DNA of 64,000 nucleotides from positions 1,521 to 65,520 of the forward strand of contig CAZYTF010000001.1 in assembly GCA_964649535.1 (NCBI GenBank), in the 5' to 3' direction. This DNA is from an uncultured Candidatus Saccharibacteria bacterium (GTDB lineage: Bacteria > Patescibacteriota > Minisyncoccia > Phycocordibacterales > UBA918). The notes under the pieces were generated by a model. The model ran no database searches and was not told where the DNA came from. It worked only from the letters and a program-made list of their open reading frames with translations. Of this stretch, positions 40,695 to 50,764 are shown in pieces. The translations under genes and the position numbers were made by a program. The first letter of the stretch is position 1. Every line of letters begins with the position of its first letter.

Positions 40695-41006
40695 ATGAAA
40701 ATAAAAAAAGGAGACAGCGTAATTGTCATCGCCGGCAAGGATAAAGGTAAGAAGGGGAAAGTACTTCTGACACTTCCTAAAACTGAACAGGTTGTTATTG
40801 AGGGAATCAATGTAGCAACAAAGCACTTGAAAAACCGACGGGTACGCTCACAAGGACAGATTATCGAAAAAAGTATGCCACTGCATGTTTCAAACGTCGC
40901 ACTTGCGATTGATGGAAAAGGCGTGCGTGTGGGGTACACGGTCGAACAAGATGGTGACAAGTCTAAGAAGGTCCGTGTTGCACGTCCTTCAGGTAAGAAA
41001 ATATAA
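40695..41006 (+). CDS. rplX: 50S ribosomal protein L24
   Basis: KKGDSVIVIAGKDKGKKG, PLHVSNV. Confidence 0.96.
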   Translation: MKIKKGDSVIVIAGKDKGKKGKVLLTLPKTEQVVIEGINVATKHLKNRRVRSQGQIIEKSMPLHVSNVALAIDGKGVRVGYTVEQDGDKSKKVRVARPSGKKI

Positions 41007-41008
41007 GT

Positions 41009-41563
41009 ATGACTACAACTACAACAGCGACAATGAAAGCCAAGTTGGCAGATACATTTGAGTCACTCAAGAGTGTATTTGGGTACAAGAATGTCATGGA
41101 GGCACCAAAGATTGAGAAAGTAGTTATTTCAACTGGTGTTGGAAAGATTGATGATAAGCACAAACTTGCGCTTATTGAAGATAGGCTTGCAAAAATTACT
41201 GGTCAGAAACCATCGCCACGACCAGCAAAACAATCTATTGCATCGTTTAAGCTTCGTGAGGGAGATATTATTGGGTACCAAGTAACACTACGGGGTGCGC
41301 AAATGAATAGTTTCCTCGACAAGCTTATCCATGTTGCATTGCCACAAACACGCGATTTTCGCGGACTTAACGCATCTGCAATTGATGAAATGGGAAATAT
41401 GACACTCGGTATCAAGGAACATACAATCTTCCCTGAGACTACAAATGACGAACTAAAAGACGTCTTTGGACTTGCGATCACTATCGTAACGACAACAAAT
41501 GATATAAAAGAATCCGAAGCACTCCTTCGATACATCGGCTTACCGCTGAAAAAAGCTGAATAG
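41009..41563 (+). CDS. rplE: 50S ribosomal protein L5
   Basis: PKIEKVVI, ITGQKP, FKLREG, RDFRG. Confidence 0.96.
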   Translation: MTTTTTATMKAKLADTFESLKSVFGYKNVMEAPKIEKVVISTGVGKIDDKHKLALIEDRLAKITGQKPSPRPAKQSIASFKLREGDIIGYQVTLRGAQMNSFLDKLIHVALPQTRDFRGLNASAIDEMGNMTLGIKEHTIFPETTNDELKDVFGLAITIVTTTNDIKESEALLRYIGLPLKKAE

Positions 41564-41836
41564 CTTTTTAGAAAGCAAACTGCTTTGCTTTCGACAGGGG
41601 TAAGAGTCAAAGGCATGTTTCCTTCTCCTTGCGTAGAGAAGAAAACAGTCGAGACCGGGGAGGAAGTTCTTATGAGCGTAAGCGAATTAGAAACTTGACC
41701 CTTCCTTTGAAAAAAGAAGAAGTTGAGGAGGCTGCGTAAACACTTTTCACGCAGCACAAACGTAACGGTTTGGGTTAATTCTCAAAGTATAGAATAACAA
41801 AAAGGCAGCACCCAGGTGCTGCCTTTTTGTGTGATA

Positions 41837-41864
41837 TTGACAAAAAAGCTTTATTATGTATAAT
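41837..41864 (+). promoter_or_regulatory. consensus promoter of hflKC
   Basis: TTGACA-16 bp-TATAAT. Confidence 0.8.
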
Positions 41865-41928
41865 AATGACAGAATTCTGTGCAATAGTGGCGCAGTTTTT
41901 TGTTTTTTAGAACAGAAAGGGTACTACC

Positions 41929-42933
41929 ATGACATTTCGTGATAATCACACTAAGCCAGATGAAGGTTTTGAGGGGATTGAACAAAAAATTCTTTCCGAA
42001 TGGCCAAAATATCTTCTGCGTGCAGTACTCGCACTCGGCTTGATTTTTGCAGTTCTCAACAGCTGGTATACCGTCGATAAGGACGAGGAAGCGACAGTCC
42101 GCCGTTTCGGCGCACACATCGCAACCACTGGTCCTGGTCTGCACTTCATGATTCCCTTCGTGGATAAGGTGCAAAACACATCAGTGACAACTGTGCACCG
42201 GATTGAGATTGGTTTCCGCACAACGTCTGTTGAGGACAACACCCCTCAGTATGCAGCGTCTTCTGAAGAAGCTGAGATGCTGACTGCCGACGACAACATT
42301 GCGAACATTGATTTTGTCGTTCAGTACCGCAGCAGCGATGCTGCCAAGTGGCAGTTCAGTGTCATGGATCCAGAAAAGACACTGAATCTCATGGCTCAGG
42401 CTGCAATGCGATTGATTATTGGCCGGTCTGACTTTGACCGGGCAGCAACAATCGGTAAAGCTGAAATTCAAGACGAAGTCCGTGATGTGCTGCAAGCCTA
42501 TTCCGACTCTGTTGAAACGGGCGCGCAGATTGTTTCGGTTCAGCTTCAAGATGTGCAGCCGCCGGCACCTGTTATTGAAGCATTTAAGGACGTGGTGACC
42601 GCTCGTGAAGAGCGTGAGACTCTCGTCCAGGTCGCGAATCGACATGCAAACAGGGTATTGCCGCAGGCACGTGGTGAAGCTGCGCAGATTACAAACTCTG
42701 CAAATGCATACTCAAGCGAGCGTGTTGCAGAAGCTATGGGTGATGTTGCTCGGTTCAATGAAGTTTTGGTTAAGTACCAGGCTTCGCCGGAAGTTACTGC
42801 TCAACGACTGATTTTTGAAACGCAGGAAAAGGTCCTGCGTGGTCAGACAATCGTGGTGGACCCCAGTGAAGGTGGTCTTCTGAAATTCTTCAACATTGAT
42901 GGTTCGGGCATTCCGACCGCAACACAGAAGTAA
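41929..42933 (+). CDS. hflK: FtsH modulator HflK (SPFH)
   Basis: RRFG...GPGLHF.IP, MLTADDNI, QLQDVQPP.PV..AF.DV, VLPQARGEA. Confidence 0.9.
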   Translation: MTFRDNHTKPDEGFEGIEQKILSEWPKYLLRAVLALGLIFAVLNSWYTVDKDEEATVRRFGAHIATTGPGLHFMIPFVDKVQNTSVTTVHRIEIGFRTTSVEDNTPQYAASSEEAEMLTADDNIANIDFVVQYRSSDAAKWQFSVMDPEKTLNLMAQAAMRLIIGRSDFDRAATIGKAEIQDEVRDVLQAYSDSVETGAQIVSVQLQDVQPPAPVIEAFKDVVTAREERETLVQVANRHANRVLPQARGEAAQITNSANAYSSERVAEAMGDVARFNEVLVKYQASPEVTAQRLIFETQEKVLRGQTIVVDPSEGGLLKFFNIDGSGIPTATQK

Positions 42934-42943
42934 GGGAAACGTT

Positions 42944-43690
42944 ATGACTCATGCTGATACAGCTACTCCTCGACCGCGCCGCCGGATGCGGAACAGAATC
43001 CTTTTGGGGATTCTCCTCGTCGCCATGGTTGGGCTGAAGACTAACCTGACTGTTGTCGATGAGACAGAACGGGCCGCCGTCTTCTTCTTCGGTGACCCTG
43101 TCCGTAATCTTGACGAGCCAGGTGTATACCTGACTCCGTTTTGGCAAACGGTCACCGTCATGGACAACCGCTATCGGTTGTACGATAGCAATCCAAGTGA
43201 AATCATCACTGCAGACAAAAAGACTGTGGTGACTGATGACTTCACGCTCTGGCGTATTGGGGACCCAACTAAGTTTATCCAAGCTGTTGGAACTCCAGCC
43301 TCGGCGCTGAAGCGCATCGATGACGACGTGTTCTCGCAACTCCGTCGCTCTTTTGGGGCACGGAACTATGAAGACATCGTGGTTAACGACCGAGAAGCTA
43401 TCATTGCGACAGTAACTGATCGTGCAGGCCGTACGTTGGCGACAATCTCGATTGATGTCGCCATGGTGCTCACAAACCGTGTTGAGCTGCCGCCTGAAAA
43501 CAAGCAGGCAGTCTACACACGGATGAGTGCTGAACGCCTGCAACAGGCGCAACAGTACCGTTCTGAAGGGGAAGCGGCTCGCTGCACAGAAAGCAGCGTA
43601 ACGTTCTTTAACGCAATACCCGGCGGGAATTTATTCCGCCGGTTTTTTTATACAAAACCATTGACTTTAGGCGTATTTTTGGTACTCTAG
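42944..43690 (+). pseudogene. hflC: HflC, C-terminally truncated and frameshifted
   Basis: HflC motifs (EPG, IITADKK, WRI.DP, LPPEN..AVY.RM.AER...A..YRSEG) end near 43580; ORF then reads through a terminator and the rpsN promoter. Confidence 0.7.
43620..43649 (+). terminator. intrinsic terminator of hflKC
   Basis: ccggcgg-gaatttatt-ccgccgg followed by T7. Confidence 0.8.
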
Positions 43691-43928
43691 TCCTCGACAT
43701 GAGATGTTGCTTCCTTCAGGAAAATACAGCTCGTGAAGGCGAGTTTTATTTGAAAACGAGCCGGATTATTAGGGAGTAAGTTGTGACATCTTCACAATAC
43801 TGCTCTAAAACTAAGTACGAGAAGTGGAGTAACTTCGAGTTCCGACGTCCAGCAATTTGCTCTAGGAAAGGAGCAAATTGGGACGTAAATTCAACATAGT
43901 CGCTTCGCTCCTTGTTTCATTTAATTTA

Positions 43929-44114
43929 ATGGCACGAAAGTCAATCATTATTCGGTCCCTACGGGTTCCGAAATTCAAGTCTCGTGTTGTCCGACGTTGC
44001 AACCAGTGTGGTCGTAAACGAGGATACATGCGCGATTTTGACCTTTGTCGTATTTGCTTTAGAGAGCAAGCGAACGAAGGACATATACCAGGTATAAAGA
44101 AATCATCATGGTAA
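43929..44114 (+). CDS. rpsN: 30S ribosomal protein S14, zinc-binding (type Z)
   Basis: RCNQCGR...LCRICFRE...PGIKKSSW; ATG 43929. Confidence 0.95.
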   Translation: MARKSIIIRSLRVPKFKSRVVRRCNQCGRKRGYMRDFDLCRICFREQANEGHIPGIKKSSW

Positions 44115-44503
44115 GCGATACAGTAGGGGATTTCATCATTCAGCTTAAGAACGCTGGTATGGTAGGAAAAGAAAATGTATCACTTCCATACTCGAAGCTT
44201 AAGCATTCAATTGCAACTAAGCTTGCAGAAAAGGGGTACATTGCATCTGCAGGTATGCAGGGCAAAGCAGTTACGAAAACACTCGAAGTTGCACTCAAAT
44301 ACGACGCATCAGGTAATCATCAGATTCGTGGAGTGAAACGCGTTAGTAAACCAGGTCGACGGCTCTACGCAAAAGCAACTGAAATTTATCCAGTTAAGTT
44401 CGGGAAGGGCAATATGTTCATCTCAACACCTGCAGGTATCCTCACCGATGACGAGGCTCGCAAGCAGAATGTTGGTGGAGAGCAGCTCTTCATGATTTGG
44501 TAA
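44108..44503 (+). CDS. rpsH: 30S ribosomal protein S8
   Basis: RVSKPGRRLY, ISTPAGILTD, VGGE. Confidence 0.96.
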   Translation: MVSDTVGDFIIQLKNAGMVGKENVSLPYSKLKHSIATKLAEKGYIASAGMQGKAVTKTLEVALKYDASGNHQIRGVKRVSKPGRRLYAKATEIYPVKFGKGNMFISTPAGILTDDEARKQNVGGEQLFMIW

Positions 44504-44505
44504 TT

Positions 44506-45042
44506 ATGAGTCGTCTAGGAAAATTACCACTTGAGCTACCAACAGGTGTCACTGTGACACTCGTTGACCATGTAGTAACAGTGAAGGGCCCAAAAGGTGA
44601 ACTCACCTTGCCAGTTAAAGATGATGTTGTTGAAATTAAGATTGAAAACAACGTTGTAACAATGTTGCCAGGCGTAGATAAGCCAGAAGCGAAAGCGCTC
44701 TGGGGAACGTACGCTTCAATCGTGCGAAGTATGGTCGCTGGTGTTACAGAAGGTTTCGAGAAGAAGCTTGAAATTGAAGGGGTAGGATACCGTGCTGAAG
44801 CACAAGGACAAAAACTTACAGTGAGCGTTGGATTTTCACATCCTGTGATCATTGAAGTTCCTGAAGGCATTACAGCAATTGTAGAGAAAAACGTTATCAC
44901 TATTAGTGGTATTGATAAGCATGCTGTTGGACAGTTTGCAGCTAACGTTCGAAGAGTAAAGGAGCCTGAGCCGTACAAAGGTAAGGGAATTCGGTACCAA
45001 GGTGAATACATTATTCGTAAGCAAGGTAAGAAGGCTGTTTAG
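44506..45042 (+). CDS. rplF: 50S ribosomal protein L6
   Basis: VKGPKGEL, GVGYRA, PEPYKGKGIRY. Confidence 0.97.
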   Translation: MSRLGKLPLELPTGVTVTLVDHVVTVKGPKGELTLPVKDDVVEIKIENNVVTMLPGVDKPEAKALWGTYASIVRSMVAGVTEGFEKKLEIEGVGYRAEAQGQKLTVSVGFSHPVIIEVPEGITAIVEKNVITISGIDKHAVGQFAANVRRVKEPEPYKGKGIRYQGEYIIRKQGKKAV

Positions 45043-45055
45043 TCTCATAGAGCGT

Positions 45056-45406
45056 ATGAATAAATCAACTAAGAAAATTCAAAATCGGACTCGTCGACAT
45101 GCACGAATTCGGTCACGTGTATCTGGGACAGCAACAAAGCCACGTCTTGCCGTTTTCCGGAGTAATCGCTTTGTGTACGCACAATTGATTAACGATGAAG
45201 AAGCAAAGACACTTGCGTCGGCTGATTCACGAAAAGAAAAGGGTGCAAATATGACTGAGAAAGCTACAGCTGTCGGACAGTCAATTGCAACACAGGCTAA
45301 AAAAGCAGGAATTGAAAAGGTAGTCTTTGACCGAGGAGGGTTCCAGTACTTAGGTGTCGTTGCGGCACTTGCAGATGGAGCACGAGCAGGTGGACTCCAG
45401 TTTTAA
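45056..45406 (+). CDS. rplR: 50S ribosomal protein L18
   Basis: PRLAVFRSN..YAQLI, VVFDRGGF. Confidence 0.96.
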   Translation: MNKSTKKIQNRTRRHARIRSRVSGTATKPRLAVFRSNRFVYAQLINDEEAKTLASADSRKEKGANMTEKATAVGQSIATQAKKAGIEKVVFDRGGFQYLGVVAALADGARAGGLQF

Positions 45407-45426
45407 CTAATTAACACATTTATAAA

Positions 45427-46104
45427 ATGAGCGAAGAAAAAAAGCAGGAAGCTACAACGCCGGAAGTCGCAGTCGCGACACCAGCACCAGAAGCCACAAA
45501 GGCTTCTACCGATGCACCCGCTACTGTTTCTTCTGCAACGCCAGCAACTGGTGAAGCAGGACAGCCAGCAACAGGGAATCGACCAGCTCGAGGACCACGA
45601 GGTGCGCGAGGAGGTGATAGAGCGCGTAATCCACGTCGACCACGACGTGGTGGACGACGAGACGACCGCGCACGTCAGGAGTATGAGCAAAAAATCATCA
45701 GTATCCGTCGAGTTACTCGTGTGATGGCTGGAGGACGACGATTCTCATTCTCAGTTGCAATGGTTATAGGTGATAAAAAAGGCAAGGTTGGTGTAGGAAT
45801 CGGCAAGGCTGGTGATACGCAGCTTGCAATTGAGAAAGCGATGCGAGATGCAAAGAAATGTCTCATTACTGTCCCCATGAACAAGGACGGACACCTTCCA
45901 CATGACGTGCATACTAAGTATGCATCAAGTGAAGTAATGATTATGCCAGCACCAGGTCGAGGACTTGTTGCCGGTTCATCAGTACGAACCGTACTTGAAC
46001 TTGCGGGAGTAAAAGATGTGACCGCAAAGATTTTCTCACGAAGCAAGAACAAACTAAATAATGCTCGAGCAGCTATTGAGGCACTTAAGCAGTTGAAAGC
46101 CTAA
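45427..46104 (+). CDS. rpsE: 30S ribosomal protein S5 with long N-terminal extension
   Basis: RVTRVMAGGRRFSF, PAPGRGLVAG. Confidence 0.96.
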   Translation: MSEEKKQEATTPEVAVATPAPEATKASTDAPATVSSATPATGEAGQPATGNRPARGPRGARGGDRARNPRRPRRGGRRDDRARQEYEQKIISIRRVTRVMAGGRRFSFSVAMVIGDKKGKVGVGIGKAGDTQLAIEKAMRDAKKCLITVPMNKDGHLPHDVHTKYASSEVMIMPAPGRGLVAGSSVRTVLELAGVKDVTAKIFSRSKNKLNNARAAIEALKQLKA

Positions 46105-46115
46105 ATTATACGAAT

Positions 46116-46565
46116 ATGCAATTACACGAACTAAAACCAACAACTCCTCGAAAGACTGAAAAGCGAATCGGTCGTGGGGGAAAGCGTGGTAAAACTTCAG
46201 GAAAGGGTCATAAAGGTCAAAAGGCACGAGCAGGAAATAGTACTCGACCTGAGATGCGGGAAATCATCAAGAAGATTCCAAAACTTCGTGGTCACGGTGT
46301 AAACCGCGCGAAGACTGTAAATAATGAACGGATACTTCCTACTATTGTGAATGTTGCTGCACTAGAAACAGCTTTCGAGGCTGGAGCAGCAGTAAACCCA
46401 AATGCACTTGTTGCAGCTGGTGTTATCGGAAATCGTCGAAAGAAAGCCCCAACGGTAAAGATTCTTGGAAATGGTGAGCTTACTAAGAAATTAACAGTAA
46501 CTGGATGTATTGTTTCTGCTTCAGCTAAAGAAAAGATTGAAAAAGCTGGAGGGAGCATCGCATAA
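46116..46565 (+). CDS. rplO: 50S ribosomal protein L15 (no rpmD upstream)
   Basis: GKTSGKGHKGQKARAG, VKILGNG, KIEKAGG. Confidence 0.96.
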   Translation: MQLHELKPTTPRKTEKRIGRGGKRGKTSGKGHKGQKARAGNSTRPEMREIIKKIPKLRGHGVNRAKTVNNERILPTIVNVAALETAFEAGAAVNPNALVAAGVIGNRRKKAPTVKILGNGELTKKLTVTGCIVSASAKEKIEKAGGSIA

Positions 46566-46580
46566 GGTATACTGAATTCT

Positions 46581-47855
46581 ATGGAAAAATTCATACAAAA
46601 GCTCAAGATTATGGTGACCGACAAGTCAATTCGGAATCGGATTCTTTTTGTACTCGGTGCACTTGCAGTCTTTCGAGCACTTGCAACAATCCCCGTGCCC
46701 GGTGTTGATCACACTGTGTTGGAGCAGTTTTTCTCAAACAACCAGTTCCTGGGCCTTCTAAATATTTTCTCAGGAGGGGGCCTTGCTAATCTCTCGATCG
46801 TTATGCTCGGTGTAGGTCCGTATATTACGGCTTCTATTATCATGCAACTTATGACCGTGATGTCTCCAAAAATGAAGGCAATGCAGTCTGAAGACGGAGA
46901 GGCGGGGAGAGCTAAGTTTATGCAGTACAGTCGTATGCTCACTCTTCCACTGGCGATCCTGCAAGCATTTGGTTTCTTGACTCTTTTGCAAAGTCAGGGA
47001 GTTATTGCAGGCCTTTCACCATTTGGATTTGTGGTGAACGTTGTATTGGTGGTTGCTGGCTCGATACTCCTTATGTGGGTTGGTGAGTTGGTGACTGAGT
47101 TTGGTATTGGGAACGGTGTTTCCATCATCATTTTTGCTGGTATTGTTGCGGGTATCCCGCAAACAGTGAGCCAGCTTGGGTATGCATTTGCTGATCCATC
47201 TCAACTCCCGCTCTATGTTGGCTTTATCTTCATTGCACTCGCAATCATTTATGCAGTTGTGGTGATGACAGAAGCAGAGCGACCCGTGCCGATAACTTAT
47301 GCAAAGCAAAGTCGAGGGACAAAGACATATGGTGGCTCAAGTTCGTACCTGCCACTTCGTCTTAATCAGGCTGGAGTAATTCCAATTATCTTCGCACTTT
47401 CGATTATGCTATTTCCGCAGATGATCTTGAACATTCTTTCTGCGTTTAGTCTTCCGTGGGTGCCCGGTGCGATTGATACTATGAATCGACTGTTGAGTAA
47501 TCAGATTCTTTATGGAGTAGTTTACTTTGCGCTCGTCTTCCTCTTCACCTTCTTCTACACTGCGGTGACGTTTGATCCTGATTCAATTGCAAAGAACTTG
47601 CAGCGAAATGGAGCGTTCATTCCGGGCATTCGGCCAGGCGGACATACTTCAGAGTATTTAGGAAACCTCATTACGCGACTTACGCTCGTTGGTGCTGGAT
47701 TCCTTGGATTTGTAGCTGTTTTTCCAGTTGGTATGCAGGTAGTTACCGGAGTAACTTCTCTTGCGATTGGAGGTACCGCACTTCTTATTGTGGTTTCAGT
47801 GGTCCTTGACTTGATTCGTCGGGTTGACGCACAAGTCAGTCTTAGAGAGTACTAA
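46581..47855 (+). CDS. secY: preprotein translocase SecY
   Basis: LGVGPYITASIIMQL, GIGNGVSIIIFAGI, AGVIPIIFA, FIPGIRPG. Confidence 0.98.
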   Translation: MEKFIQKLKIMVTDKSIRNRILFVLGALAVFRALATIPVPGVDHTVLEQFFSNNQFLGLLNIFSGGGLANLSIVMLGVGPYITASIIMQLMTVMSPKMKAMQSEDGEAGRAKFMQYSRMLTLPLAILQAFGFLTLLQSQGVIAGLSPFGFVVNVVLVVAGSILLMWVGELVTEFGIGNGVSIIIFAGIVAGIPQTVSQLGYAFADPSQLPLYVGFIFIALAIIYAVVVMTEAERPVPITYAKQSRGTKTYGGSSSYLPLRLNQAGVIPIIFALSIMLFPQMILNILSAFSLPWVPGAIDTMNRLLSNQILYGVVYFALVFLFTFFYTAVTFDPDSIAKNLQRNGAFIPGIRPGGHTSEYLGNLITRLTLVGAGFLGFVAVFPVGMQVVTGVTSLAIGGTALLIVVSVVLDLIRRVDAQVSLREY

Positions 47856-47866
47856 AAATTTTACAA

Positions 47867-47905
47867 TTAAAAAGTGCCGCACCTGAAAGGTGCGGCACTT
47901 TTTAA
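47867..47905. terminator. bidirectional terminator
   Basis: ttaaaaagtgccgcacct-gaa-aggtgcggcactttttaa. Confidence 0.85.
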
Positions 47906-47960
47906 TATTTTTGTTTAGCAATCACGGTTATCCTAGAGGATAGCTGTGTACTCGCATAGT

Positions 47961-48530
47961 TTAATTAGTAAGCCACGCATTGTATGCATTGATAATTGCT
48001 TCCTTTGCTTCCTCTGGAGTGTTTGTCTTTGTGTCAATAACTAAATCGTAATTCTGGATATCATAGGGGTTGGCATGATATAGGCTTGCATAGCGCTTTA
48101 TTTCGCTAGTGAGACGTTTTTCGAGAACGGTCGCATATTCAGTTGGGTTATGCGGGATGTCTTCAGCCTGCATCCGTTCCTCACTCATATTTGTAAGTAT
48201 TCGAGTAGCTGCTACAGATAGCTCAAGGTCTAGATATACTTTAAATGAATATGGCATCCAATGCCAAGCCATCCGTGAGTCAATAACTAACTCATCATTT
48301 TTTCTGCCCATATCTTGCAGTTTTTTATCAACAAGATGATCAATCTTTTTCTCAGTTTCAGCCAGGACATTTACTTCATATATGTCTATCCCTCGTTCTT
48401 TTGCAATAGTGCGGAAAAGATCTCCTGAAGAAAAATGAGTATATCCAAGTTCAGATGCGATTAGTTTTGATGTTGTTGATTTGCCACTCCCCGGTTTGCC
48501 TGCCAGTGTGATAATGTGTTTCTTTTCCAT
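47961..48530 (-). CDS. cmk: cytidylate kinase, archaeal-type family
   Basis: ITLAGKPGSGKST, SSGDLFR, VIDSR, KRY..LY, YDLVIDT. Confidence 0.8.
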   Translation of the reverse strand: MEKKHIITLAGKPGSGKSTTSKLIASELGYTHFSSGDLFRTIAKERGIDIYEVNVLAETEKKIDHLVDKKLQDMGRKNDELVIDSRMAWHWMPYSFKVYLDLELSVAATRILTNMSEERMQAEDIPHNPTEYATVLEKRLTSEIKRYASLYHANPYDIQNYDLVIDTKTNTPEEAKEAIINAYNAWLTN

Positions 48531-48590
48531 AATCGCATTACCATACCATCATCTTGTAATTTTGTGTAACTCACGTAAACTGCTTTAGTT

Positions 48591-49190
48591 ATGGATACAA
48601 AAACAGTTATTTTTATAGGTCCACAAGGAAGTGGAAAGGGTACGCAAATTGCCAAATTAGATGCGGTGTTGCGAGTAGTCGATCCAACACAACGTATCGT
48701 TGACATTCAAACAGGTCGTCGTTTTCGTGCACTTGCTGCAAAAAGTGAAGGGTATACTGAAACACACGTTTCAGAGACACTTAATAGTGGGGTGCTACAG
48801 CCTCTTTTTCTGTCTATTAATCTATGGGGTGACGCTATGCGTGAACATGTGGATGACACATGTCATCTATTGATCGATGGTTTTCCGAGGATTGTTGATG
48901 AAGCTCGTGTGCTTGAAAGTGCGCTAGCATTCTATAAGCGAAATGATATAGATATCATCAATCTCGATACTCCTGAAGATGTAGTTCGTGCACGCATGGA
49001 GGGACGCGGACGTACTGATGATACTGCAGATTCGATTGAAGCTCGGCTACGTTGGTATCGTGAAGAAGTGGTGAGTGTGATTGCATATTACAAAACGCGT
49101 GAAGGTGCGACGGTGCACAACATTGATGGGACACTTTCTATTGATGGAGTTCATGAAGCAATTGTTTCAGCGCTTGGCGTCAAAAAATAG
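48591..49190 (+). CDS. adk: adenylate kinase-like NMP kinase (short, LID-less)
   Basis: GPQGSGKGTQ, LIDGFPR, RGRTDD; between secY and map. Confidence 0.8.
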   Translation: MDTKTVIFIGPQGSGKGTQIAKLDAVLRVVDPTQRIVDIQTGRRFRALAAKSEGYTETHVSETLNSGVLQPLFLSINLWGDAMREHVDDTCHLLIDGFPRIVDEARVLESALAFYKRNDIDIINLDTPEDVVRARMEGRGRTDDTADSIEARLRWYREEVVSVIAYYKTREGATVHNIDGTLSIDGVHEAIVSALGVKK

Positions 49191-49205
49191 CACTGTTACC
49201 TATAT

Positions 49206-49982
49206 ATGGCAATAACAATCAAAACAGCTGAAGATATCGAGTTAATGCGCACGGGAGGAAAAATCCTTGCGACTATTCTTGATGAACTTGAGAAAGAGGC
49301 GAAAATTGGAAATACAACACTTGATATAGACGATCGCGCAATGGAGCTTATGGAGCAGTACGATGTTGAGCCGATGACGCTTGGGTATCATGCACATTTT
49401 GCACCACGGCCATATCCAGCTGCGACGTGTATCTCAATTAATGATGTGTTGGTTCACGGCATTCCAAATGAGAGTCCTGTCGAAATTTTAGATGGTGACG
49501 TTGTCAGTATAGATGTCGTTATTGCATATAAAGGTATGGTTGTTGATTCTGCTCGAACGGTTGGTGTGGGAGCGATATCTGAGGAAGCACGTCAGTTAAT
49601 TCATATTACTCAAAAGGCACTCGATGCCGGCATTGCGGCTGCTAAAGCTGGTGGCAAGGTAAGTGATATTGGTGCAGCAATTGAAAAAATTGTTCCGAAA
49701 CAGTTTGGTCTCGTCGATGCATTTTGTGGTCACGGTGTTGGGTATAGTCTTCATGAAGAGCCTGAGGTGCCAAACTTTAAAACCTATGGTGACAGTCCAG
49801 TACTTAAGCCAGGTATGGTACTCGCTATTGAGCCGATGATTACACTCGGAAGTAAGGATGTCGAGATCCTTGAGGACGGCTACACTGCAGTCACCGTTGA
49901 TGGCTCTCTTTCTGCCCACATGGAACACACGGTGCTGATTACAGAAGCTGGCCCTGAGAAATTAACGAAAAGTAGTAAGTAA
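49206..49982 (+). CDS. map: methionine aminopeptidase type I
   Basis: VHGIP, DSART, CGHGVG..LHEEP, AIEPM, SAHMEHT. Confidence 0.96.
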   Translation: MAITIKTAEDIELMRTGGKILATILDELEKEAKIGNTTLDIDDRAMELMEQYDVEPMTLGYHAHFAPRPYPAATCISINDVLVHGIPNESPVEILDGDVVSIDVVIAYKGMVVDSARTVGVGAISEEARQLIHITQKALDAGIAAAKAGGKVSDIGAAIEKIVPKQFGLVDAFCGHGVGYSLHEEPEVPNFKTYGDSPVLKPGMVLAIEPMITLGSKDVEILEDGYTAVTVDGSLSAHMEHTVLITEAGPEKLTKSSK

Positions 49983-50073
49983 AAATTGGGAGAGGTACCT
50001 CGCTTGCTCTTGAAAAACATCCAAATTACTGTATACTGCTGCGGTAATTTAAACCTTATTTTTAAACATATTT

Positions 50074-50679
50074 ATGTCACGAAAACCACATCAAGAACGA
50101 TCGCTGATCATTCTTAAGCCAGATGCAGTACAGCGATCACTTATGGGTGAGATTATTGGTCGTTTTGAGCGAAAAGGACTTAAGTTCGTTGCATTTAAAT
50201 TTGTCACTCCTGATGCAGATCATCTTTTTGCACATTATAATAAAGATGACGCGTGGTTTGAAAAGAAGGGTGCAAATATGATTCAAAACCTTAAGGATCA
50301 AGGGAAAAAAGAGGAAAAAAGTGCACTTGAGTACGGTAAGGATATTATCCGAGCAGTAATTAAAGAAATGCAACAATCACCAGTTCTTGCTATCGTGGTT
50401 GAGGGAAATGGTGCGATTGATCAGGTTACAAAACTAGTAGGGACAACAGAGCCTGCAACTGCTGACATTGGAACTATCCGTGGTGACTTCACTATTGATA
50501 CCTACTCACATTCAACCTATGAAGATCGCTCAATTCGAAATCTTATCCACTGCTCAGACGTACCCGAAGAGGCAGAGCGTGAGATTGCACTCTGGTTCGA
50601 TGAGTCAGAAATTATGGACTACACGACTGCACAGGAGCGTATTATGTACAATACACATTTTGATGGAGAGAAGGCATAA
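50074..50679 (+). CDS. ndk: nucleoside diphosphate kinase
   Basis: KPDAVQR, GTIRGDF, RNLIHCSD. Confidence 0.93.
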   Translation: MSRKPHQERSLIILKPDAVQRSLMGEIIGRFERKGLKFVAFKFVTPDADHLFAHYNKDDAWFEKKGANMIQNLKDQGKKEEKSALEYGKDIIRAVIKEMQQSPVLAIVVEGNGAIDQVTKLVGTTEPATADIGTIRGDFTIDTYSHSTYEDRSIRNLIHCSDVPEEAEREIALWFDESEIMDYTTAQERIMYNTHFDGEKA

Positions 50680-50764
50680 AGTCTAAAAACGCTGTGGTCT
50701 TTAGACCACAGCGTTTTTTTTTGTTTTTCTTTGAGTCTCAAAACACTCAATGATATACTATACA

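Noticed and set aside
41590-41800. RNase P RNA suggested by gaggaagttc (and gagaaagttc near 32170)
   Set aside because: No complementary 3' P4 strand or other universally conserved RNase P motifs nearby
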